Shown here: in pieces, positions 46,201-53,207 of the stretch | Layout of the letters: every line of letters begins with the position of its first letter | Numbering within the stretch: position 1 is the first letter of the stretch | Notes under the pieces: generated by a model | The model's input: the letters and a program-made list of their open reading frames with translations, nothing else | The model's database searches: none | Told to the model about the DNA's origin: nothing | Made by a program: the position numbers and the translations under genes | IMG/VR virus record: IMGVR_UViG_3300035665_000037 | Location: 1-61,315 of that record | Origin: a virus | Lineage: Duplodnaviria; Caudoviricetes | Length of the DNA: 61,315 bases | Direction: 5' to 3' (one strand)

Positions 46201-47727
46201 AAGATTTGTTACCTCATCCAATTGCTCTTCTGTAAGATTTGGATTAGCTTCTCTCGCTTGCTCCTTAATAGAAGAAGTAACAATCTTATCTTGTAGTTTT
46301 ACTTTAAGCTCAGGGTCATTGGTGATTTCAATATTGGCCATTGATAAATCAGCAGCACTCATATTGTCAATCATGCTTTCAATTACCTTACGAGGTTCCT
46401 GAATACCTTCTTCTGTTTCTATTGGCTGTATCTTAATACCATTGAAACTATAAGATGAAGGACCACCTCTTTCTGCTTGCGTCTCAAGTTCTTTTATCTG
46501 ATCCTCTACAACCTTAGCTTCTTCATTCTTTCCTTGCTTTCTAAGCAGCTTAGCATTGGCACCCATTGCGTTGAGCAAAAAGCCTACGCCAAAACCTACG
46601 CCACCTGATGAACCAACGCCCTCAAATATTTCTTGGTTTGCATTGTAAATATCTTGAGCAGTTTTGTTTGCATAGATCTGTTGCAGTACCTCAGTAGTCA
46701 TCTCTTCCAATCCACCCGTTACACCTGCTACACCTTTGGTCTTAAGATAGTTTGCGATACCACCTGCTGAAGCTTTATTGAATCGCTTCATGAATTGCAT
46801 GACAGGAATCTTTTCTAATATGGAACCCACTGCAGCATTCTTCCAAAAAGCTTCAAAGGCCTCATCATCTGTGGCACCTGCTTCTTTCGCTCTATCAAAT
46901 TCAGCCTGACCCATAGTAAGACCGGCACTAACTGCAACAGGGCTTGCCAATTCTGAAGCAAGACCTTTAACTGCTGTGCCAACAGTTACAACTTTTGGTG
47001 CAGTCTGTGCAGCCATAGCTGCCGTAGCTGCCTTCGCTGCCGTAGTACCTGTTCCTGCTGCACCTAAAGCAGCAGCCCCCTTACCAACAGCAGCAGCTCC
47101 ACCTGCTGTCAAAGCTAATGAAGCTAATTGCCCAAAGGCTTGAGAGAATTGATCGGTTAAGCTTCCTTTAAACTCTTCATCCATTGGAGCAAGCTCATCA
47201 ATGGTATTATTAAAGTAGTCTCCAAACTTAATTAAGGCATCACTGATAGGACCTTTCTTTACTTTACCAAAGGTCATATATTCAGTACCCTTTTCAATAA
47301 GAGTACCCAACCCTTTCACAGGACTACCAATAAGGTTTTTATAAAAGCCTCTGTCAATCGCAGAGACTGTATTCATTAACCAACCCTGACCATCATCTGT
47401 CTTCTTATCTTCTTCAGTAAGAGGAGCAATCATCCGTGGCTTAACAGCCGTTGACTCAGCAACTGCAGTCTTTGGTAAGGCCAAAGAACCATCTTCCAAA
47501 GCAGATACCGTATCGAACTTTTTTTTTTGAGGTACCTGTCCTCCAACGCCCATCAATAACTTGAAGTCGTCAACAGTTTTTTTGTATCCATTTTCAGCAA
47601 ACAAAGAATATGAATCTTGTAATGCCTGTGGATTAGATGCTATTAACTTCTTGTATTCATCAAGAGATTTAGTATACCCATTCTGTACAAACAGATTATA
47701 TGCGTCCAATATTGCTTGCTCGTTCAT
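40237..47727 (-). CDS. Giant putative internal virion/ejection protein (2496 aa)
   Basis: Mostly helical; Ala/Gly-rich membrane-like N-terminal segment; last gene of the tail operon; internal HDFYGH..GEENAW domain. Confidence 0.7.
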   Translation of the reverse strand: MNEQAILDAYNLFVQNGYTKSLDEYKKLIASNPQALQDSYSLFAENGYKKTVDDFKLLMGVGGQVPQKKKFDTVSALEDGSLALPKTAVAESTAVKPRMIAPLTEEDKKTDDGQGWLMNTVSAIDRGFYKNLIGSPVKGLGTLIEKGTEYMTFGKVKKGPISDALIKFGDYFNNTIDELAPMDEEFKGSLTDQFSQAFGQLASLALTAGGAAAVGKGAAALGAAGTGTTAAKAATAAMAAQTAPKVVTVGTAVKGLASELASPVAVSAGLTMGQAEFDRAKEAGATDDEAFEAFWKNAAVGSILEKIPVMQFMKRFNKASAGGIANYLKTKGVAGVTGGLEEMTTEVLQQIYANKTAQDIYNANQEIFEGVGSSGGVGFGVGFLLNAMGANAKLLRKQGKNEEAKVVEDQIKELETQAERGGPSSYSFNGIKIQPIETEEGIQEPRKVIESMIDNMSAADLSMANIEITNDPELKVKLQDKIVTSSIKEQAREANPNLTEEQLDEVTNLEKELRKLEGNTTQIGKDKAAQIRSQIKTIQENAVQKQAAGEVPVQPTTGSGQEVAQGVTKAEPQGVTEEGKVQAKEVKVFELDGKKYEVTDQATIDLETGNLVPIDLATQITEQGTLLETKPIKVEEVAPAVTRVKVAPFFNTQIATTQEAAQLRQSPEYQGYLQSLNDIGAKLGIKVTPLETIGGYENEKGERIVEISNDVDLENATMEQAEEFAALAGALAPQVQEATIAAQYLNQEGGTDHKANEYTVVVSDVDGAIDALKAAGITDFSINEKNGEISFIDVLDFTDPQLQENIGNFLIELESKGINYEQQVYKPLNSTRVGKAKRKAILGRIKGTGAGPVQGRENILPSLEEAVRRDAEFQGVEVDDYFKPRAGNRLFNKPIEAVAEIANRYFQRVFGRPRPPYYGSKSLDEARAKRISDAFDAMKHDPNNPEVKAAYEALAKETLDQYNEFAKAGYKVEINNNEPYNNSQEMIDDLRNNKRMKIFSTESGFGDSKITDKQRAENPLLRDSGIKDINGKPLLINDVFRAIHDFYGHAELGNSFGPKGEENAWNVHARMFSPEARKAMTTETRGQNSFVNFSGVNDRVNELREQARALREEGLFAQARKKVEEIYDQISFADQKVGLLPEEFYQIDENDLGDADRIPEAEVMEEISQELTEADLPGYDRMMGEIEGVIKKSENRGVPFNKIMDNVMEYMKKSKAYENATDVQREALVRDIRSRFKKREKRAPSVKKILGQEKTMVTVDDYKMMVNQIKLEARAAREAKGDLNTKRKMLTDAIRRMASTGKIAANRVAALVNRIGKVNLDSNESVERLLDYAGKLFADAEYANKLGAANTMRTQIRKLSKNKDKFANLRDLGSKFAEIDPSMVDNIDEYNKVAAIIKDSIKGSTTRGADVKFTNMVREADATDYINKTMEEQRKKLFDLKVAEVQELLGVDASELTYDQLMQMLESDKPLTKDNEALVRSAINKAFDIYSSLIEGSLKTGKDLFTGEDVEYTANQKRVVKEFMDMDLNVLKPKQALEAVDALMNFFQNKSIAKMESVLSKYKGEAEMKALEKKGIKAKPISKYWSKGLGRLLLEQTANLNIVFERMFGGFTKGGMVEDAMGVSQVESGKSKAQNKSNSIVKQYVDKFYKMKPNGQAFNTAANNVERGMVAFMSRNIIGTEAEMQAEFQRRKKLIEESITELEKGNDQEIEKANTYQEVYDKILKDSDSIDQVQEKAAEENLEAVNFWQQQWAESYEELSDVALGVYNKVLDKDINYTPDRFTKLSSDPGEVDITAEDMGFLVNSGTAPLYKKETGVLMAATRPESLPQNSKTEKPNRYIDLSFDKNNSNAMYDALVDINTAAPIRQVQSALNSDAFSRIMKGTGDEKLLRNRIDLYIKNIRNKNPFSNDEFSKAVKGLNRLASIGVGQALGGVLQPIKQVVPIAMNTFINAGGLDIRSTFDTAKQNFINKSGYAIANRGVESQAQIESLNKMIDEAAKSKPEQAFRAIEKVNNWWLKNLLVRFDVAIARASWMTYYEQSLEKQGIDTKTIDYNNHKINQKAADYAQRQVDRQQNVSDSDLAGALLSSKDASKQLFVKVLMPFASFRMNQSARLGSDLATLTDKTSTIEDKKIAARSLGGFAAEMVTFRALSAGSALLIAEVVKEFMGREDDEEKDKKKIDAIMKGQLTSTVADVFSPAPLLDKAVQMGASAVLDATQDALDIDEEERLEIYSGNKQDFFQSLGLLGISASRINQLYEMSKLSAGLPYEDDYGRKKYLSEEDRDAIGMLIPIAIVSNLGLTPSEVNSIVRSSLADAKRSASTVEGGKTREDVELEKRAEGISGERKEKLEQGKQDKINALEQLKNDEVDADKIKAIEDMIDELSMSDEEKKAIQSEKKKMKVEKDEKMKELLQGYDNKTDMKRYDPELYEQTFGENSQYYLENKAEMEVEKELNKKLQEMEDEERGYTPAQKRRLKYRNRLKSFKSKYKRDSESIR
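44958..45269 (-). CDS. Candidate nested gene 2 (+1 frame within the giant gene)
   Basis: 103 codons, ATG start, A-rich leader AATCTAAAGGAATAAATT. Confidence 0.4.
   Translation of the reverse strand: MNNKSTSPLTRQELARQKGKQFLDALKAQGPDLSKAGKTFYRPSRRPLEEMPSSKESKLMTTSNQEQETDFSISPSRQLQKLRIDISKEFSEGQGPHTMGQKA
45969..46106 (-). CDS. Nested small basic protein (MPFKS type), +1 frame within the giant gene
   Basis: MPFKSKQQVKYLYSQQPEVAKKWRKESPKQNLKALPKKVKSKQKK; leader AAATTAAAACCATACAAGAAA. Confidence 0.7.
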   Translation of the reverse strand: MPFKSKQQVKYLYSQQPEVAKKWRKESPKQNLKALPKKVKSKQKK

Positions 47728-47743
47728 TATTCAAATTTAAACA

Positions 47744-49564
47744 TTAATAGCCACTCACTCTTGTTTGTATGTTACCACCGCTTCCACTACCTGAAACTTT
47801 ACTTCCAAATATTGCTTCAGCTTTTTTATCGTCACGATTGTCTCTGATAAAGTTAGCTATTTCTGTAGTCTTAGAAAGGTCATCAATATTAAATTCCTTA
47901 CTCTTCCCGTTAGGAGCTGATACAGTAACAAAATCGTCTCTCGTTATTCCACGAGTACCACCTGAGAAACTAAACCCAAGGCTTCCAAACTTAGCTTTAA
48001 GATTGTTTACTGTAGCTGTAGGATTATCTTCAACTACTGATTTCGGTACTTCTGTTGAAGCTAATGTACCAACCTCTGAAGCGTAATCTGTTGCTATTCC
48101 TCCTATTCTTCCTACTTTATCTTTAGTGATAGTATTACCAAGGAAGTTTTTCTTCATTGCCTTGATGATTATATCCTCACTTAAGCCTTCTTTGTTAAGC
48201 TTCTTAACAATAGCACGACCTAATTCTTCAGGAGTAGATTCTTTCCCTCCAACAGTAAAGTCAAACGGAAGTCCTGTTGCACCTTCATATATATTAATTC
48301 CGGTAGCAGTTGGCTCAATACCACTGATGCCCTTAACTGAAGCAAAGTATCTTGCCGCTTGCGCTTTCTGTGCAGCATTACCTGTTGTAAGTAGTGCAAG
48401 ATTTCTACCAAAGTTTTGTGCCTCCTGCTCCATGTCTTCACGAGCCATTTCACCCTCTGTCTTAGCTCTACGTTCTTGAAGTTGTGCTTGAGGAGTAGCC
48501 TTAATCTCAACCTTCTTATCATATTGCAAACGAGCTTCAAGGCGTAAACGCTCAAGAGCTGTTTTCTTTTGCTCTTCAGTAAACTCAGGAACCGGTGTAC
48601 CCGTATCGGAGTTTCTTAAAAGTATTTTATTTGGGTTTCTGTTTCTATCTTCTTCGCTAAAAGTAAATGTATACTCTTTACCGTTTGGAGCAAATCCAAC
48701 GGTATTCGTAAGAATAGATGATGTATTATATGGGTTCTCGAGCTGAGCCTGTAACATCTTGGTTTCAGCTTGTTCAAACTGCATAATAATTCCTTGTGCA
48801 TCAGCAGGAAGATTCTTTCTTTTGGTAATATCAAGTGTTTCAGTGATACTACCTGTTTGGTAAAGTGTTCCTAATTGTTGAACAGAATTTATCTCTACAC
48901 CAAGACTATCAACCAATGCACCTACGTTTGCTGTTGCATCGTACTTGTCAAATGTTCCTTTAATTCTATTGCGAAGTGCGTTAACTGTTGTATAACTATT
49001 TGGATCTTCATCCATAACGTATACTTCTTTTCCGTCAACGATCTGCTTTTTCTTCATTGCAACACTCACACGGAAGTCAGTAGGATTGATGTAAAGTTTT
49101 GACTTCTCAAAGTTTCCAAATCCTTCAGCCTGCTCCATGAGCCACGCTTCCAAGTCCTGAGATTTGCCTTCTTTCAAACGCTTCATCTTCTCCCCGTATT
49201 CTGCTTGGTATTCTTTTACAAGATTGAAAGCTTGTGCCGTACCGTCATTAATATTCTGACGCATCACTGTATAATCTTTCACTTTAAGTCTTCCTGACTT
49301 AAGCAATCTATCCTGCATCAAACGAGCTTCTTGTGCATCAGCAGCATACTCCAATGCCCACTGATTCATTTCTTTGTTTTCTCCTTGTGGAGCATTGGCA
49401 AGTGTCTCACCAAATTTACGAGACGCTTCATCAAGAGCACCCCTTTTATCCTCACGGATCTTTTCTTGCTCGACAAGCATGTTGGAAATATCACTTCCAA
49501 TCTTGCCCCAATTTATGTAACTATCGGCCTCTCGTTCTGCGTACTTGTAAAATGTCTTTGCCAT
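47744..49564 (-). CDS. Putative internal virion/ejection protein
   Basis: 606 aa, helical, precedes the giant gene. Confidence 0.6.
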   Translation of the reverse strand: MAKTFYKYAEREADSYINWGKIGSDISNMLVEQEKIREDKRGALDEASRKFGETLANAPQGENKEMNQWALEYAADAQEARLMQDRLLKSGRLKVKDYTVMRQNINDGTAQAFNLVKEYQAEYGEKMKRLKEGKSQDLEAWLMEQAEGFGNFEKSKLYINPTDFRVSVAMKKKQIVDGKEVYVMDEDPNSYTTVNALRNRIKGTFDKYDATANVGALVDSLGVEINSVQQLGTLYQTGSITETLDITKRKNLPADAQGIIMQFEQAETKMLQAQLENPYNTSSILTNTVGFAPNGKEYTFTFSEEDRNRNPNKILLRNSDTGTPVPEFTEEQKKTALERLRLEARLQYDKKVEIKATPQAQLQERRAKTEGEMAREDMEQEAQNFGRNLALLTTGNAAQKAQAARYFASVKGISGIEPTATGINIYEGATGLPFDFTVGGKESTPEELGRAIVKKLNKEGLSEDIIIKAMKKNFLGNTITKDKVGRIGGIATDYASEVGTLASTEVPKSVVEDNPTATVNNLKAKFGSLGFSFSGGTRGITRDDFVTVSAPNGKSKEFNIDDLSKTTEIANFIRDNRDDKKAEAIFGSKVSGSGSGGNIQTRVSGY

Positions 49565-49576
49565 TTCTTAGTTGGT

Positions 49577-50437
49577 TTATCTTCCTCCAATTCCCGGTAT
49601 AGCAAATGGATTATAGAAATTTGGTTGTGTTGTTGGTAATGCGTATTGAGCAGGTCTAAACGACTGTAATGTGTTAGGCAGATTCTGCTTTATCTGCTGC
49701 AAAGTATTCAAGTCAACCTTTCCCATAAAATCTTGGTATTGCATCGGAGTCATTGAAGCCACTTTACTAAAGTCAATATTGTTAACTGTCCCTAAAGAAG
49801 CAATACTCTTCTGTGTATCCATTTGATTTAAACCAAAATCTTTAGAAGCAATTTGATCAATTTTAGCAGCTTCTGCTGAGCTTCCGCTTTTCCCATACAG
49901 AGGAGCAGTTTGCATAATCTGCTGTCCTAATCCTTGCAATCCCTGAAACGCCTGCGTAGTTGCTGCCGCTGCTGCTTGTTGAGCATCACGTTCAGCAAGT
50001 TGAGCTCCGGCTACTTCTCCAAGATCAAGTTGTACCCCCATATCACGAAGCCTTGTATCTTCACCAACTATTGCTTTCTCAATTCCTGCCATCTCCTGAC
50101 CCATTGCTGCAGCTATTTGACGCTGACCTGCTTGTTGCCCCATCTGTACACGGCCTGCTGTTGCTGCTGCACCACGCTCGCTCTCTACTCCTGCTTCAAT
50201 AATTTGTGCGCCTGTAGAAAGAAGTGCTTCACGTTCAAGTTCGTATGGTTCCTTTTGAATACCCAATTGCTCGTAATAATTTACTTCAAGCTTTTGACGA
50301 GCTTCTTGCATTGCTTTTTGAGCTTCTGCCTGAGCTTCTCTTTGAAGCCTTCTTTGCTTTCCTGCCTGAGCAAATGATGCACCGGTTGCTGCTGCAGATA
50401 TGCCTAAGCCTATTGCGGTTGCTGTTGCTATTGCCAT
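49577..50437 (-). CDS. Putative ejection/pilot protein
   Basis: Ala/Gly hydrophobic N-terminus followed by Gln/Ala-rich helices. Confidence 0.6.
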   Translation of the reverse strand: MAIATATAIGLGISAAATGASFAQAGKQRRLQREAQAEAQKAMQEARQKLEVNYYEQLGIQKEPYELEREALLSTGAQIIEAGVESERGAAATAGRVQMGQQAGQRQIAAAMGQEMAGIEKAIVGEDTRLRDMGVQLDLGEVAGAQLAERDAQQAAAAATTQAFQGLQGLGQQIMQTAPLYGKSGSSAEAAKIDQIASKDFGLNQMDTQKSIASLGTVNNIDFSKVASMTPMQYQDFMGKVDLNTLQQIKQNLPNTLQSFRPAQYALPTTQPNFYNPFAIPGIGGR

Positions 50438-50438
50438 A

Positions 50439-50849
50439 TTATAATACTTTAATCATTTCACTTGAATAACTGTCACCTTTTTCATACCCCAAATCCTCAT
50501 AAATATTTACGAGGGATTGGTTTTTTATTAGAGCATAGCTGTATTTGTGTCCTGTGTTTCTACAAATATTAGTCAATGTCTCTATCAATAATTTTATCGC
50601 ATCTCTTCGTTGTGGCTTTTTCCTATAAGACTCACTTGAGATGATCCAATCCACCCAAGCCACCTTTGAGTTAGTGGTATATATATACCCTGCACAAACC
50701 GGCTCTTCACCATCAAATACTATAAGACCACCTTTGCCATTATCCGGTAAGAAATCTCTCTCTACCGGTTCCCACCCCCAATTGCGCCACCAATCACAAA
50801 GTATGGTGTCGTAATCATTCTCGTTCAACGGTCGTATAATAAGTGCCAT
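50439..50849 (-). CDS. GNAT-fold acetyltransferase-like protein
   Basis: IRPLNENDY..VCAGYIY..IKLLIETL..YEDLGY; typical position before ejection genes. Confidence 0.55.
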   Translation of the reverse strand: MALIIRPLNENDYDTILCDWWRNWGWEPVERDFLPDNGKGGLIVFDGEEPVCAGYIYTTNSKVAWVDWIISSESYRKKPQRRDAIKLLIETLTNICRNTGHKYSYALIKNQSLVNIYEDLGYEKGDSYSSEMIKVL

Positions 50850-50855
50850 CCTTCA

Positions 50856-50863
50856 CAAATTTA
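50856..50863 (-). promoter_or_regulatory. Bacteroidota-type -7 element (TAAATTTG)
   Basis: TAnnTTTG upstream of 50849. Confidence 0.45.
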
Positions 50864-51667
50864 AGGATAACTTTTCATAACTTCTGACTCTGCTGCAAAC
50901 AACTCCACCTTACTTGTGTTATCATTCTCAAGAGTGAAAACACAGTAGTGACCAAGCACACCATGAGACTCTGCTACAGCATTCTTGATGTACATAATGT
51001 ATGGGTTCTGTATACCCGGAATTGTTGCCCCGGAAATAGTAGTATCCACAGTTATCCTATTTAAGTTTGACGGGTAGTTTACCTGAATGTTGGTAACTTG
51101 TCCAAAAAGAACAGGCGTATTATAGCTTGGAGGTAAGCTGTAGTACAGATAGTCTCCTATGCTTATAATGTTTCCAATAGATATTGGGCTTGCTCCGATC
51201 GCAAAGTTAACCTGAACGGCAGCTCCGGTACCCGTAATGGTAGTGCTTCTTCCAATACCATTAACCGATCTAAGCGCATACTCTGATGGCTGAGCCGGTA
51301 CGGTACCTTCGTTTCTTACAAAACCATACCAAGAAGCCTCCTTCTTTTCAAACCAATTAGCCTCAATAAATCCGCTATCTTGAATGTCAGTATCCATTGT
51401 GGCATCCCAACTATCATCACCCTCCAAGTTTAATGTCTTGAATAGTTTGTTCTCAAGTGGAGATACATTGAATACGCTTTTCAGAATAGAGTTATACTGA
51501 GCACCATAAAAGTTATTACGAACCTCATTCACATTGTGCCTGTACAGATTCCCACCTTTGAAGGTGTAGAAAAAGTTGTTCATCCCGATCATGTAATCGG
51601 GATTGAACGAGTAGAATGATGGCCATCCTTGCGCTGATTCGCTATATGTAAGTGTATAGTTAGGCAT
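50861..51667 (-). CDS. Tail protein (possibly the distal part of a split nozzle/stabilisation protein)
   Basis: TLTYSESAQGWPSFYSF, FKTLNLEG, FEKKEASW, KVELFAAESEV. Confidence 0.55.
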   Translation of the reverse strand: MPNYTLTYSESAQGWPSFYSFNPDYMIGMNNFFYTFKGGNLYRHNVNEVRNNFYGAQYNSILKSVFNVSPLENKLFKTLNLEGDDSWDATMDTDIQDSGFIEANWFEKKEASWYGFVRNEGTVPAQPSEYALRSVNGIGRSTTITGTGAAVQVNFAIGASPISIGNIISIGDYLYYSLPPSYNTPVLFGQVTNIQVNYPSNLNRITVDTTISGATIPGIQNPYIMYIKNAVAESHGVLGHYCVFTLENDNTSKVELFAAESEVMKSYP

Positions 51668-51678
51668 AGTTATTTACT

Positions 51679-52938
51679 TTATAGACATGCTGATTCGCAA
51701 GTAGAAAATGAATTTAAGGTTAATGTGTTACCTATGTCTCCGCTTACTACAGTATAAACAGCCGTAAAAATACTCGCTACTCCATTGTTTTGACAAGCAG
51801 CATCAACTATAATACCGGTACAGTATGCGTTTGCATAAGTATTCGGAGAAGATGTACATTGATCACAAACTACCTCAACATTAATTGTGTCACCTACTCC
51901 AACATTAAATGTACCGTTTGATGTACTACTTCTGCTTTCAATAACTGAACCATTTACATACAAGTCCATGTTACCGCTTATGCCTGACATTGTATAATTC
52001 CAATTCAATGTAGCAAATCCCGGAGAATCACAAGTTCCAAATCCAATAATCACACCATTGGCATCTACCTGAAACCAATCATTAGCTCCTGCTGCAGTTG
52101 TTTTGTAGTATCCTGCAGCTAACTTGAACTCTCCATTAGCATCACTAAAAACTAAGTCATACAATCCAAGAGTACCTGCTGACCCATTGACATAAGCCAC
52201 ATAGTAAGTTTGGGTTATAGAAAGAGCACAAGCCAATGTATCACTCGCAGCCATAGAAGACGAAGCAAATGATGGTAGAGCAGCAGGACAAGCAACCGAT
52301 AAATCAAATGCTGTACCTACACATGGCCCTATAAACTGCAAGTCAAGTATTGATGGAGATGCAAATGTTTTTGGTATTACCATTACGCAATTTCCGGGGC
52401 CACCTGCGGTTAAATCCATCTGACCGGATAATACAGTTACTGAAGTTGTGGTTCCTAACGAAACAAAAGAAGTTCCATTATATTCATACTCATTAAGCGT
52501 ATAAGGAGAGTTTGCAACAATACCACAATCTGCACCATTGGTTCCTATATAGGTAGGCAAACCTGCACTACCTTGTAGCCATCCGTATGCAGGAGAAGAT
52601 AGACCATTGTAAGATATGCTATTAAGCACACCTAACACACCATCAGGTACGCTATATGGGTCAAACGTAACCACAACTGCTCCTAAGTCAGTGCCCAAGT
52701 CTATCCCAACATAGTATATTCCTTGCTGTCCTGATGCTGATATTGAACCACCACACGGAACTCCGCAAGATGGGCAAGATGTTTGTGGTAATAGAGCACC
52801 TGATACTTGCTCACGGGATATAACCCCATCAGAATAGAATCCATCAGGAGCGACTGTGGTCAAGTTAACATCAGTGTAAATAATTGTAGCCGATCCAAGA
52901 GAAGGTGCGTCTACATAAAAAGTTCCTTGTGTTGCCAT
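51679..52938 (-). CDS. Cys-rich putative tail decoration protein
   Basis: N-terminus paralogous to 52950..53195; multiple Cys-flanked beta modules. Confidence 0.65.
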   Translation of the reverse strand: MATQGTFYVDAPSLGSATIIYTDVNLTTVAPDGFYSDGVISREQVSGALLPQTSCPSCGVPCGGSISASGQQGIYYVGIDLGTDLGAVVVTFDPYSVPDGVLGVLNSISYNGLSSPAYGWLQGSAGLPTYIGTNGADCGIVANSPYTLNEYEYNGTSFVSLGTTTSVTVLSGQMDLTAGGPGNCVMVIPKTFASPSILDLQFIGPCVGTAFDLSVACPAALPSFASSSMAASDTLACALSITQTYYVAYVNGSAGTLGLYDLVFSDANGEFKLAAGYYKTTAAGANDWFQVDANGVIIGFGTCDSPGFATLNWNYTMSGISGNMDLYVNGSVIESRSSTSNGTFNVGVGDTINVEVVCDQCTSSPNTYANAYCTGIIVDAACQNNGVASIFTAVYTVVSGDIGNTLTLNSFSTCESACL

Positions 52939-52949
52939 TTGATTTTATT

Positions 52950-53195
52950 TTATGGGAATATACAATTACAACATACATCAAGAGCACTGACTGTAGAATA
53001 ACAAAGGGTAACCTCTGTTCCACAACCGGGACAAGCTGACTGTGCTTGAAGGACGCCACTAACTTGTTCTCTGACAATACTATTGTCAGAATAGAATCCA
53101 TCAGGAGCAAGAGTTGTAAGCCCTACATTTGTATAAACTGCAGTTGCCGTAGCAAGTGACGCAGCGTTTAAGTAATAAGTTCCTTGTGTTGCCAT
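52950..53195 (-). CDS. Small Cys-rich module protein
   Basis: MATQGTYY..APDGFYSD..REQVSG..CPGC..LCYS..CC. Confidence 0.7.
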   Translation of the reverse strand: MATQGTYYLNAASLATATAVYTNVGLTTLAPDGFYSDNSIVREQVSGVLQAQSACPGCGTEVTLCYSTVSALDVCCNCIFP

Positions 53196-53207
53196 TTTAT
53201 TTTTCTT

